Position numbers and translations under genes: made by a program. A model generated the notes under the pieces. The model had not been told where the DNA came from, ran no database searches, and saw only the letters and a program-made list of their open reading frames with translations. DNA of 63,394 nucleotides, the filler included, from Choristocarpus tenellus KU-1152 (Eukaryota > Protista > Phaeophyceae), in the NCBI GenBank assembly GCA_964200185.2. It is 9 parts of 9 records of this genome, joined end to end, with 100 filler letters (N's around TTAATTAATTAA, not from the genome) between each part and the next. Parts side by side here need not be neighbours in the genome. Positions count along the whole stretch, not along the records: positions 9,727 to 19,210 come from CAXNAD020003639.1; positions 19,311 to 26,160 come from CAXNAD020007219.1; 7 more parts are not named here. One strand, 5' to 3'. This document shows, piece by piece, positions 13,056 to 25,600 of this stretch. How positions within the stretch are numbered: position 1 is the stretch's first letter; every line of letters starts with the position of its first letter.

Positions 13056-16000
13056 GAAGTGTGAATATCCTTTTGATTTAGTGAGTGGTTTTTCAAGCAA
13101 AAATTCATTTTTAGAAGATGGAAAATTCTGTACGCCCGTTCGGAAAGCTACGCCACAAACATATCCACACGCCACAACACGATACGCCACAAACATATGA
13201 TGACCAAGGTTGGATGGGATTTCAGTGAATAAATACTGCAAAATATTTTTGAAACTTCCATTGATCACTCACACATTAGACTTTTTTTCCTGGAAACCTG
13301 ATTTCGTTTATGCTATTCCCTGTGACAAGGACAATGGGTTGTACGCTTGTACTATCTACCCTGTCTGTCCTACACCACGAAAGCATCGGACGAAGATCGG
13401 GGTGGAAACTTGGGGGTGAGCTGAAAAGAAGATTCAAGTAAGAGGACGGAGTGACAAGCATTGTGAGTGGTAATCTCGAGAAGCACGGCAGGAATGGAGG
13501 TATATATATGGAAATAAAATTATAGAAGTAGTGCAACATAAATAAAAAACACAATTGATTCACTTCGTGATCATCCTGTTGTGATTCGTGAGGGCAGTAA
13601 TGGCGGTCCTTGGTTCCGGTAGAAAGTAAAAAGATAACTCTCCATCACAAAAGTGATAGTAGGTTTGAAGCAGGGAGGAGGCTAGTGCTTGTAGGATTAA
13701 CTGGCAGAATTTAAGACTCTTTTATTTTAAATTGTTCTTAGGAAGAGGAGTTTACAAATATGGGGATGGAGACTGGTATTCATTGATTAGTGAACCAGTT
13801 GGTAGTTCTGATAGGATAACAATGAGTGTCTCTTGGTATGTTTGCCTCTTTAAGAGATGAGCTCACTCACTCCTGTTCTTTCCATCCTCCCATAGAATTA
13901 AATGTATCTATGTAAGGCTTGCGAAGCACTTCCTTAACCCAGTAGTCCTAATGCTGTCCTGGTCATCTCCAAGATGTTATTTGGTCAAGGAAGCTGTGAA
14001 GGACAACGAGTTAAGAGAAACAGCAACAGGGAGTGTAGTAACGTTTGAGCAGCGACTGTTATATGCTGTATGTTGTATGCTCTATTCTAAAAACAAGAGA
14101 AGATCCTAGGAAGTATGACCAGGATTGTGTCAGTGATTGTGAAGGTGTAAGACATATGGGCTATGTCAGTTGAAGATGGAATCCATGCGTTTTACACCTT
14201 GCAATAAAGATGCAGGCACTATGTAGATCCGGGCTTTGACCCAATGCTACTGGCAGCTTGACAAGTTTCTTACTTTGGAGGCACCAAAAGTGATGAAGCT
14301 GATGCCATGGCGGACAAAGGTGGCCGGTTAAAATCACCTGTGATTGTTTCTGAAAGTAGAACCAAGTGTGCTATGACAGAGGCAGAAGTGTGTGTATCAC
14401 TAGAGCTGAAGATTCACATTCTTAAGGCTGATATGTTTGAGGTTTATTGCATGGTTTTGTGGCATGGACATTTCCACAATTCACTATTTGAAGCTCAGCT
14501 TTCACAAGTTATGTAAACAGAAATGCAACGAAAGTACATTGTCCTTCCTACAAGAATGCTCTTGTCAAGACTCAGTTCAGTGGGTGTAACAATATCGTGT
14601 GTGAAATGGAGGCTCCTATTTTCTGACGATTTTGGTGATGTGGTGGATGAGGAACTACCAAATCCGTTAATGTTTGGAGAACTTGTCGATAAAGAGTGGA
14701 AACAAGGTGGACAGGGGAACTAGTGGATGTGTCTACAAAGATGAACTTGAGAAGTTTTGGATTGTAGTTGGTAGAGTGGATAAGGATAAGAACGATGGAA
14801 CACATAGTGTGATACATGCACTAGAAGCGAGGCTGATACGGAGTGGGTGAAGGGTCAGAGGACGAGGGTCAAGAAAGCGACACAAAGGTAGGGTGGTGGT
14901 GATGGTGGAGTGACGAGTTGTCATTTTCTTCCCTTAGTTGAAATTGCACCACATTTTTCTTGGGCTAATGGGGACAGAAGAGGTTGTTGCATGGGATGAA
15001 AATTAAGTTCTTGAATGCTCATGTTTCAAGCAGACGGTTGGTTGACAGTTCCATGGTGGAGTGATTGACGACAGGTTACTTTGCATATCATGCTACCTCT
15101 GTTCTTTGCATCATCAACTACACTCACACCATCTTGTGGGGTGTAATTAATGTCATACCTGAGTGAATAATGGATGTCCTGAACATGTGAGCTACGTGTG
15201 GTAAAATGGTGCTGTTTTTCTCATGTTGCAGACATTTTCGAAGAAGCTCCTCCTTACTCATTTTCTTTTCAAATATACCGTACCAGAGACACAACTCCAC
15301 CAAGTACAGCATCAGCAAATACAATATCCGCAAATATATATATGCTGCTGAATGCATCAGTAACGATAAAGCTTTAGAATAAAAGAGAGGCTCTACAGTT
15401 TGTCAAGTACACCGTGTTGTATCACTGAAATTTGTATTTTATTTTATCACTATAGTTGTCTTCCCATTTGTCTGAGGTATTCCAAACCTGTGGTAGAAAC
15501 ATAGCCACAGGAGGAGGTGCAGGACAATGTGTGAAGACTGTATTGTGTATCATGATACACACGATACATTAGTGTGTTAAGAATGTATTATATATCATGA
15601 TATACATGATACACATGATACACTAACAAAAACAACAGTAAAAAAAACAAAAACTAAGAAAAAGAAAAGAGAAAAAAAACTCTATGCAGTAAAAAAGAGG
15701 GGGAGACAAGATACCTAGCTACCACTCACAAGCACTCAATAGCTAGCAGAACATCATTTTATGCTGTCAGCCTCGCCAAGGTTCTACCTATGGGAAAGAG
15801 AAAATTTAGGGTCTAATCGGTCCATCCATCTGAATGCCTCTCATTGAACACAAGAGGTGTATACACCCAAAGAGACGAATTAAAATGTGTCATTCAACAG
15901 GCTGTAGGGGGTGTACATTCACCCTATCCTAATTGAGCTGACTGAGCTACTACTTCAGCATCATACATGTAAGTCAGCTACCATGGCTTCTATGGAATGG

Positions 16001-19000
16001 CACTCATTTAAGAAGAACTTGGTTCCATGGCCATATGTGTTGTGGAAGACCTGTGTTGATTTTGTGCCCTTCTAAGCCACGCACTAAAATGTCCCAAACT
16101 TCTCAAGATTATCCTGCTAACACATCCACTAGTGCTTCTCTACTGCTGTCCACCTCTATTCCACGTTACACACACAAGATTCCCAAAAATGAATTCCTTC
16201 GTTAGTCACTCATCCTATGCAGATTTTCCCTAATGTTACACCCAGTGTCTTCACAAGAGTATCGTTGAATGACAGGCTGAGATAAATGCATTTCTGTGTT
16301 CTAAATCTGATGCAAGGGATGGAAATTCGTTACAGTGGGAACAGAACTGGATGGAGTGTCCCTGACACACAACTATACCACAAGACATCAAGTACTTCGG
16401 ACTTTAGCATTCAAGTCTTTAGTGTAGGTGGGTAGACCTGCTCTCTTGTCATAAAGTATTTGACTGTACCTCCAGAAGCAGCCCCAGGGTTTTTGGCTAG
16501 TCACCTGATCTCACCAGTGATGTCAGTGTCATCAATTAAATAAATATTCCAATATTAGCATTCCCTGGTCTCCTTATACATGCCATGGGCACCTTAGAGG
16601 GGAGGAAAGCATGTATTTGCAGATTTGTGATTGAATACTGGGAGGTCCTCAAGGAGGAAGTTGAAGGGAACACTGCCATCAGCTGTATGACCCAGTTTGT
16701 ATAATACTTAAGAGACAGGAGAATGGGACTGACTACTGAGAAGAGATGAATGTTGATCATGATGATCGCCATGAAAAAGGATGGTGCATTGGTTTCGGTT
16801 GATTGAAGTGGTATACCCATCTGTGACCTACTACAACTGATAAATTTGTTAAGGGTGGGGTAGAAGAGGAGAATTTGCAAGAGGAGAACATAGTGGAAAT
16901 GATGTAGTGGAAATGATGTAGTGGAAATGACGGCGGAAGATGGAAACAATGACTTTTGTTGAGACTGATAACTCTGAGCATGTAGTGTAATGAACAATAT
17001 CGAAAGACGATACATCAACACTTGGGGAGTACTCTAAGCATACTCCAAATAGTTCAAACTTTATTTTTATTGAATGTGTTCTGTTCTGGCAACATAACAA
17101 TTAGGATCACTGATCACGTACAGAGTCCTGTATATACCAGCATATACCAGCACTCCCACGAGATGGAGCGGATGTAGTGAATAGGTTCAACAATCTTATA
17201 AATAAGACACAATAACATACCCCAAAGAACAGAAATGCTTCTCTTATGCAAATTATACACCCCTAATACATGCCATGCTGTGTATTGGAGGTCCTTCAAT
17301 GGCTTGATCAAAAATTAGGATACAAGTTTGCATTGGATAAAAATATTTCATGGGATGATTCAACCTATAGCAGAATTATGAAGTTTTGGTAGCATCCACC
17401 CTACATGGCAGGGTCGAATTATTCATATCTTGAGTTCCACAGGGCGATAGGACTAACCAACTTCATGCCTTCTGCCTTGCCCTCATGTTTCCAACATTTT
17501 TTATGTTGTTGTTGTCCAAGTAAAAAAATCCCAGGCCTTACATATTAGGTGCATCCTCAAATATTAAAATTATATTATATTTCATTAGAATCTTGGCGTA
17601 ATAATCAGGGGGGTTGCTGACAATGTGGATCAGTGGCCACCATAGATTAACTTGAATGATTACATCACACCATAGATCAACTTGAATTATTACATTAGAA
17701 CCTGACTATCAATCATGCTTCCATGTCATTTCCTTCATTCATTTAAGGCTTCTTGCCTTGGGGTACTTACTAGTGAACTCCCAACTCTTGTGGTGCTCTA
17801 GGCACAGTGTCAATGTTATGGGTGCCAGTGATGTTGTCAGGAACACAGTCCAACCTGATACGTGTGGAAATAATGTACTTTCCAAGTATGGAATCGTCCT
17901 GTTCCTAGTAGATAATAAAATCTTACTGTAGTTATTAGTTGTCTAACTGACGTTCCCAGAGAGTGTGTAGTAAGGCTGACTTTTGCTCTATGTTTTTTTG
18001 TTTTATTTGTCATCATATTAGGATACAAGAGATCCTAGGTCTCTTGTCAAAAAGGCAATCCAAAGAATACAATAAACACAGGTTGAGAAGGCATCAAGGG
18101 CCACCAAAAAGAAGCAAAGAAGTGAAAAAAAAAGAGAAAAAAAAAGATGACCCACAGATGGAAAAAAGTTCAATTGGAAATCCAATTTAGATTAAAAATC
18201 TAAACACAAAGCCCTTGATACACAGGATTATCAAACAAAGGAAATGTGATTAACTCGTTGATGGTAGATACCACATATATATACCCCATAAGATGTGTGG
18301 TTCATGGAGTGGGCATGTTGTGGAAACTCAAGAAAATGATAGATCTGAAGGACAATCACAGAAAATTGCTTCTCAAGTTCACAAGGATTTAAACATTCTA
18401 ATTTCCTGGTCGTGACTTCCATTTGACTTACTGATATTGTATTTTTATTAATGCTGAAAATTCAACTATTTTTTCGACACTTGACACAACTTGGCACTTA
18501 ACACTCCACTGGGAAATAACCCTAACCCTAAGGTCAGTGAACTAATCCAGAGTTTTAATGGGCAGCCAATCGCTGTTCACCTGTAAGGTTGTTCTTCGTA
18601 ATGGAGACAAGAATGACAAAAGAACTCATGTGCCAATTGTGTGTCAATTGTGTGTCAATTGTGTGTCAATTGTAAGGTTTTCTGAGAGCTTACCATCGTA
18701 AAGGGTGCGAGGTGTTTTGGGGGCTTCCTATTTGTGGTGGTTGAAGCAAATGAGGTATAGTTAGTTGTGTTGGATGGAAAAATTTGAAGGTGCCATATTT
18801 CCTGGTGTATCATTTAATGTGTGTCTTGGCCAGCAATCGGAGCACAGGTGTCTCAGAATGCCAACCAGATCCTTCAATTAGATCATTTCACCCCAATGTT
18901 GTCTTTACCCAAGCCGACAAGTCCTGGCTGAAGATCACATTTCCTAAGGAGAGTGCTGTGTGTACATATAGAGTTCCATCTCATCAAATTGTGGTTTAAT

Positions 19001-19075
19001 GAGATTGCACATCTTTTCCCATACCTACTTACTTGCTTACTCTTTGGTGGACAATCTCAATCGCCTTTTGGTCCA

Positions 19076-19210
19076 TATTACTATAAATATTACTATTATA
19101 AATATTACTATTATAAATATAAATATAAATATAAATATGTGAATCGTGTGATTCTGTGGCGGCGTGGTTCACTCAGGCAAGGGTGGCGAAGAGAATCACC
19201 GGGCAAGACG
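19076..19210 (-). mobile_element. Second copy of the retroposon 3' end with an AT-rich microsatellite tail
   Basis: 19138-19210 matches 31086-31160 in reverse complement; 19076-19137 is (TATTAC/TATAAA)n. Confidence 0.55.
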
Positions 19211-19397
19211 NNNNNNNNNNNNNNNNNNNNNNNNNNNNNNNNNNNNNNNNNNNNTTAATTAATTAANNNNNNNNNNNNNNNNNNNNNNNNNNNNNNNNNN
19301 NNNNNNNNNNGGGGGTGGGGAGGTGGGGGGGGCAATACATGGCAGATGTGAAGCGGAAAGATCGGAGTTGAATCAGATAGGTGTCACAAAATTGCAC

Positions 19398-20738
19398 CTC
19401 ATGGTTCCCAAGCAGATGGAGCACGGCACCACCACTTTCCCGAGCCTGTTCTTTAAGTACCCACAGCCATTCCTCAATTTCCAAATCAGAATCACCCCTG
19501 ACTCAAGGGGTTTAATGTGTAGGAGGGGAGCAATGGGGAATCAACCTTGGTTATACAATCTTACAAGTTCAACCTTATATCTTCGGCTTCAGTTCTTGCT
19601 TTAGCCGGGATAGGTAACACAGGGAGGTGTGGGGAAGCGCCTGCAACACCAAATCATGGAACTGTTGCAACATTGAAGCAGCAAGAATTGTGTAAATGCA
19701 AGAGGGGACTTCTTCTGTGGATCCTTGATGTGGTGAGCAAAACGAATATTTGGTTAGGCAACGGTAGGCGTGACAATTACCGAACCTGTCAAAAATATCT
19801 CCAGCCTGCACTAATACTGTTTCCCCACCAGCCCACTGACCCTTATCATCCACTAATCCTGCCATTCGGAGCGTCCTCCCAAACGCATCTGTGGATACAG
19901 GGGAATCCGTGAGGGTAAGGTACGTGAGAGTGGTCAATTATTACGCACTACTTCGGTGTAAAGTGGCATTGAGTAGTGCCTTACATCCTGCTTGCCAGTC
20001 GATCAGCATTGTAACATAGCCGGAAATGTGTGCCATGTTTCAGGGAACAACTTGCCGCAGGAGTCATTATCCCAGGTGGTTGTGAACGAAAACTTATATT
20101 CAAACAGTGTATCCAGGTTGTCGCTCCCACCGTGTTTTTCTGCTTACTGGAGGGGGGGAAAAGCAGAGTGGACCCAAGGGGGTGACAATTTCTTGTGCTA
20201 AATGCATTGTTAGGTGGTCATAGAGGGTATGGTATGGGGAGCACTGGGTGCCCTGTTCCCCTCACTTGATTGTTCTACAAACAAAACAGATGCTGGGCCG
20301 ACTCCGCCATTATCTGCCTATCCTATCACCATGACAAGAGAAAGTTATCCATTGATAAAGTAGCTCACCGATGTCGCCGTGGACATCCCCAATAACGACC
20401 ATCCGTTCCGGCTGGTCAACCGTCGTCACAGGGGACCTTGTCTTGGCTCTAGAGCTGACTCGTCCCAAGTCAACTTCAACATGCTTGCCATCAGTTGCTC
20501 CTTCAAGTCGTACTTCTCCAGTCAGTGCATCAACGGAAGCGGTGATCACTTCATCTAGATTCCCACTGCTCAGTCCTTCTCCTCCCACGGAAACACACAT
20601 CAACGATACCCAACATATCAGTGAAGTCGCCATAGTCAAGAATATGGGTCTTGACCTGCACCCGTTTCGGGAGCGAGTTCTCAAGCCAGCATAGGATGCA
20701 TTCAATGGTATTTTTCCATCTCCTGAGCTACGCATCAT
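19398..20738 (-). CDS. SLP: Shewanella-like protein phosphatase (SLP; PPP-family metallophosphoesterase), 3'-truncated by the contig end
   Basis: Exons 20738 (or ATG 20633)-20369, 19888-19786, 19497-19398. Motifs GDVHGD, WAGGETVLVQAGDIFDRGD, ARESGGAVLHLLGNHE. The WxGGxxxLVQxGDxxDRG and GGxVxxLLGNHE contexts are typical of SLPs. Confidence 0.9.
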
Positions 20739-21202
20739 TGTATGGTAGACAACTCGTCACTACGACAGGACTTGTTGTCGAGATACAATTGTGTTGTGTT
20801 GTATAGACCTCATAGCGAGGGGACATATTATGTCGAAGGCGTTATATTCAGTTCACAAATATCATCAACGACAAATTTCACGCAATAAGATATGTCTCAC
20901 CTGCATGTGTGACGGGTTGGTGCGTTGAATCCAACATATACCGCATATCTCGCACCGTCCACGAAATATAATATCACAGAACATAAGTTTCACTCCATTG
21001 TGTGTGAGTCGATCACAAATGGCAATGCGGTGTCGGACAGAAAGATCAGATCGGACTTGTAGTGGTGAGAAGCTTGTGGAAAAGGAAAACCAAGAGGAAT
21101 GAGGGAGACTGTAAAGGAGCACAAATACCCAATGCAATAAGCTAACGTAAATGATAAATTCTGCTCTCGAAGGCCTGCACAATTGTGGTACGTACCAAAG
21201 AC
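20739..21202. promoter_or_regulatory. Putative bidirectional promoter between the divergent SLP and FN3-CBM-C2 genes
   Basis: About 460 bp separate two head-to-head start codons on the same contig. No specific motif identified. Confidence 0.45.
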
Positions 21203-24200
21203 ATGGTGATCGAGAATGGAAATGATGGCATATTCGCCCTTGGGGAAGACCACAACAACAGCATTGCCTCGGATGTGACTCATTGTCGTACCCCTGCAAA
21301 GGCGCAAGTGAGCAGAGCGATTAGGGAAAATACGCTCAACAGATTGGAAGGAGGGATGAGAGCACAAGAGTCTGGAACTTCAGTAGCGATTTTGAGTGAG
21401 TGAAACTGCTATGGTAGGTTGACCACTTTTCCGCGCAGTAGTACAATATCTTACGGATGTTCTCCACTTGAAAGGGCAGAGCCCAAGGTTCTGGATATCA
21501 AACGCAAAACAATAAGTGCATCCTTTACCCCCTATTCTCAAGTATTTAATTGCTGGAAAGCCAAGTGCTTATTCCTAATTGATAGTTTGGGGTACGGCTA
21601 TGACCAGGAGGCCAATTGATGAGTTGTGAACAGGTAGTCCATCCATCTGATCCAGACAAAGTGTGCAGGAATAAGGTTTCTAAATTTGTTGAGTACGGCA
21701 ATCTATACACTACCACTTATATCAACTGTATGAAAGATTCATTTACGGCGACAATGATGCATAGACCGTAAACTGTAGCAAATTGTTTATCATCTACTCA
21801 ATACAAGGAAGATGATGGAGACAATTATTTGGTGGCAAGTTTGCAAGCACTTAGACTTGCAGCACCTCTTCACTCCTCATTAATACACCCAGAAGAATGC
21901 AAGGGGAAGCGCAATGTTCAGCTTGCCCTCCCCACCTTCCAGCTGGGGAATGTGAAGTTCAGTGACATAGCCAACACGAGTGTGCGCCTTACCTGGGACA
22001 TACCAGGAGACACGAGGCACACCATCTACGGCTATCGTATATCTACAGCAGAAAAGAACAAGGGGTTCGAGGTCAGTCCCTGTGACACGATCCAATATTG
22101 GTGGAGGGTTTAGTATCAAGCATGAAAAAAACTATCTTCAAATAGGCCCTCATCATCTAGGATTTGTTTTCTACCATGGTTGTCCAACGACCCCTGGTCA
22201 TTGCACTGGAAAAAAATTTCCTCCCTCCAAGTACCATAATGTCCTTATGAGCACCTCAAAGAGGATCATCGCCTTTCATATGCCCACTTGCCAATCTGTT
22301 GGACTTTCTGGTCGAATACTGAGCACCAGGGGATGATAAGGCCACCATAATTTGAAATTCTAATTCAGAGAACCAAGTGGATGGACACATGTCCGAAAGC
22401 ATGAAGGAATAGTACGAATAGCTTGCCCGCAAGTGCCTCTCTTCTCAACTCGAACATCTTGTGTTGGCAGGTGACCTATGACAACACTGATACATCAGAA
22501 AGGACTTGTACGGTGGTCAACCTCCACCCTGGGGGAACCTACCGATTCCATGTGGCTTGCCTCTCCGCTGAGAACATGATTATCCCTGATGCCTCAGTGG
22601 TGTCACCCACTGTGAGCCTTCCAGAAGCAAACTATGAGAAAGCATGGTTTTTTGAGGGGGCGGAAGAAGATATCAAGTGGTTTGTGTATGAGGGGAGTGG
22701 ACCTCATATGGCTGTGACCAAAAGTGGGGCTGCTCTGGACGATATCAGGTGCTTGGAAGAGGGGTGATGAAAGCGGTAAGGTAGGGATGGGATGGGGTGG
22801 AGGGGAGATTATATATTTGGTGGTTACTACAAGTACAGAAAAAGTAGTTGATCTATCATCATAATGACCAGATATCTGTAGCAAGACCTGTCCCAAAATA
22901 CACAACCTTGAATTGCAATATTAAGGCGCTGACTCTCCAGGACCTGCACGAAATCTTGAACTCTACACCATGCACACTGCATTGCTGTTGGAGATTTTCA
23001 CTCTGCAGAGACACTCACAGTCAACCCCAGTTGCTCACTCGCTTACTGAGTTTTTCCTATTTAAAATGTCCTGGATTTTTCTTTTTCCAATTTTGATTGG
23101 ATCATAGGTGGTCCATCTCGGAGGAGCGATGCTTTACAGGCCTCCGTAGCATGTGTTTGATGATACCCTGTGGATTGGTGGGTGGGGTTTGCGTGGAAAC
23201 AACTGTAACAGAAGGCTGGGTGTATATCTGCAGAGCCAGAGTCTTTCATGAAGAGCCCCCTCTGGGGGAAACAAGACTGGCTCTGTGGGATATTAGGGAT
23301 ACAATGGTTGTGTCTCCCCCAGCAGAGAAACAGGGAGAATGGGAGGTGAGTCATATAGGATGATTTGCTCAAGTCCCCCACAGCCTATCAAACCCCCCCT
23401 TTGAACCCACACCTAAGGCAAATAATTATTCTGATGCTTACACGTTTCGGGCTTGTTGGTCCTTGTGTACCACATGAGGCATGTTCATAGGACATGGTTG
23501 GCATGAGCTACTATGGTTGGATGTGTGACTATGCAGATAATGTGGGACTGGCCAGAGAATGCTTTCATGCTTGAAAAGCCACATCTTTCTTCAAAGACCA
23601 CAGTGCTTTGTATGGGTCCAATAGTGTTGTGGGCAAGAAGACAAGACTTTGCAATTGTAGAGGAGATTGCCCAAATTTCTATCCGTGGATTAAGGAGTTT
23701 GCAGAACACCTGTCTCATCCTACACACTTGATTGTTGCACCCCTAAAGCATGAACAATCGATAACATCTCTCTCCTCTTCACCTACCTTACTGCTGTTGA
23801 AGAATACAAATTTCTTAGGTGATATCAGTGACTGCAAACACGGTGCAATTCAGTGAATTAGCATCCCGGTTTCAGATGAGCCTGGACTTTGGTACCTTAC
23901 CTATTTCTGATCTCATCGTAAAATGTTTTGTGCCTTCAGCCCTTGCAGTTGGTGTTTATATGCTTTAAGAGATGTAGTTTATTGTTTAGGGGAAAGGGTT
24001 AGGCACGGGCAGGTTACTTTCCCATGGTACGTCCAGTTTATAAGACTGTTTGCAAACATTTTTTCTTTCACAGTTAGTCTGAGGGATCCCAGACCCATAG
24101 TTGATGGGTAGGGCAGAGGAGAAGAAATAGCACATTCCACAGGAGACATAAAATAGAGTAACTACAAGAAACGGACGTGAGAATGAGGAGAGAACAGGAA

Positions 24201-25600
24201 GAGTTCAAAACTGATGCAATGACCCCAGTAGAAGAGGAAAAAAAACACATTGCAATGTGCGCAAATTAATAGATTTTTTCTTTTCCATCACCCCCTTGGC
24301 AAGGGCCCACCTTTGCATTCTCCAGACGAACAAGCCCATCTTTCTCAGTATCCTTTCCAACTCTTAGGTCTACTGTGTGTGTCAAGCTGATGCTGTAAAT
24401 TAGTAGAAGTGTTGTACCCCTGGGGAATCCAGGACATTTCATTTGAGCCCTTCACTCTTCCCCCTCCTGTCGTGTCATCTGCTTGGTTGCCTAAAGCTCT
24501 TGGAGTGTGAGATCATGCCTTTCTGCAGTGACAACCTTCGCATTGCACTCAAGGTGGGAGGAGAGTATCATGGGAATATCTTTGTTGATGCTGTGGAACT
24601 CCACCATGGTGGCCCCACCCCAGCCGAAATTGCTGGGGCATCTCTGGCTGGCGTTCTAGCAGAGGTCACTCTGGCCATACAAAAGGTATGTAAAGGATGA
24701 GCAAAATAACTTGCTAGGAGCATTACAGTTCAAGGTGAGGAGTTGGAAGCAATTTGGCAAGACAGCATTGATTGAGGTGCCTCCTTCTCACCTCTTCCCA
24801 CACGATTACCCTTCCCACATGACTTAGACTCTGGGTCGCCACTGCACAAGGATCAAGCCAAAATCTAGAACACTCTTTTCCATTACCCCTCACCTCGCCT
24901 ATTCTGCTTCAAGCAACCTGGCATCAAGAAGTTCGCATCCGTTTTTTTCTCTCACAAGAACGCCATATACAAGGGAGTGAGTCAAAAAGTCAGGAAAAAA
25001 AGAAACAGAGGAGCTTCTCGGACGCCTTCACCTCACTTGCAGTTACAACTGCTTCCCGATGTTGACTCTAACTTTACGGCGTTCCACTCTAGATTCTATC
25101 AGTGCACTTCTTGAGGGAGGGTACAATTCTGTCGACTGAAAGATTGTTTTTCCATGCGTCTGCATCTATCTGCATGTGTACATGGGTGTGTAAGATCTGA
25201 TTTTGGATTACAAGTACGGTAAATGCCGTACTGTGCTATTTGGATTCAAGTAAGTAGTGCAGAAGTGTACTTGAACCACTGCAAGTGGAGCTCTCTGCTC
25301 ACATCTATGGGAACGATTCAATCAGGGCCTCCAAAATTTTGTGTCATTGATCTTGTAGCTAGACATGAGCAACTCCCAGAGAACATCACTAACTCCAATA
25401 CCTGAGCCCTAGCAGTGTTATCACCATTGGTGGTGTGAACAATCTGGAGTTGTCCCAATGCAATAGACCTCAGATTCCTCTTTAAATGATTGCGACCTAG
25501 CTTTAACTGTAAATGGTCTCCATAGGTTGAACTTCACGTTTTGTCCGCTGCCAAGCTCAAGGCGTCGGATACCATGGGAACATCGGACCCCTATGTAAAG
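21203..25600 (+). CDS. Multidomain protein: fibronectin type III + galactose-binding/CBM-like domain + C2 domain (3'-truncated)
   Basis: Exons 21203-21307, 21808-22071, 22471-22748, 23108-23345, 24497-24685, 24914-24976 (tentative), 25526-25600, all phase-consistent. FN3: SDIANTSVRLTWDIPG..IYGYRI..VVNLHPGGTYRFHVAC. CBM-like: FFEG..W..GLRSM..GEWELLECEI..NIFVDAVEL. C2: VELHVLSAAKLKASDTMGTSDPYVK. Confidence 0.8.

Noticed and set aside
16891-16930. Short tandem repeats (14-mer x3 here; 11-mer at 18630-18672; 21-mer x2 at 27342-27382; about 30-mer x2 at 17638-17696) as CRISPR-like
   Set aside because: No unique spacers; ordinary slippage duplications in a eukaryote.
9763-19075. Protein-coding genes in contig 2
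   Set aside because: No consistent exon chain or recognisable domain; it reads as decayed retroelement and repeat DNA. One exon-like block at about 10615-10766 (minus) remains unsupported.
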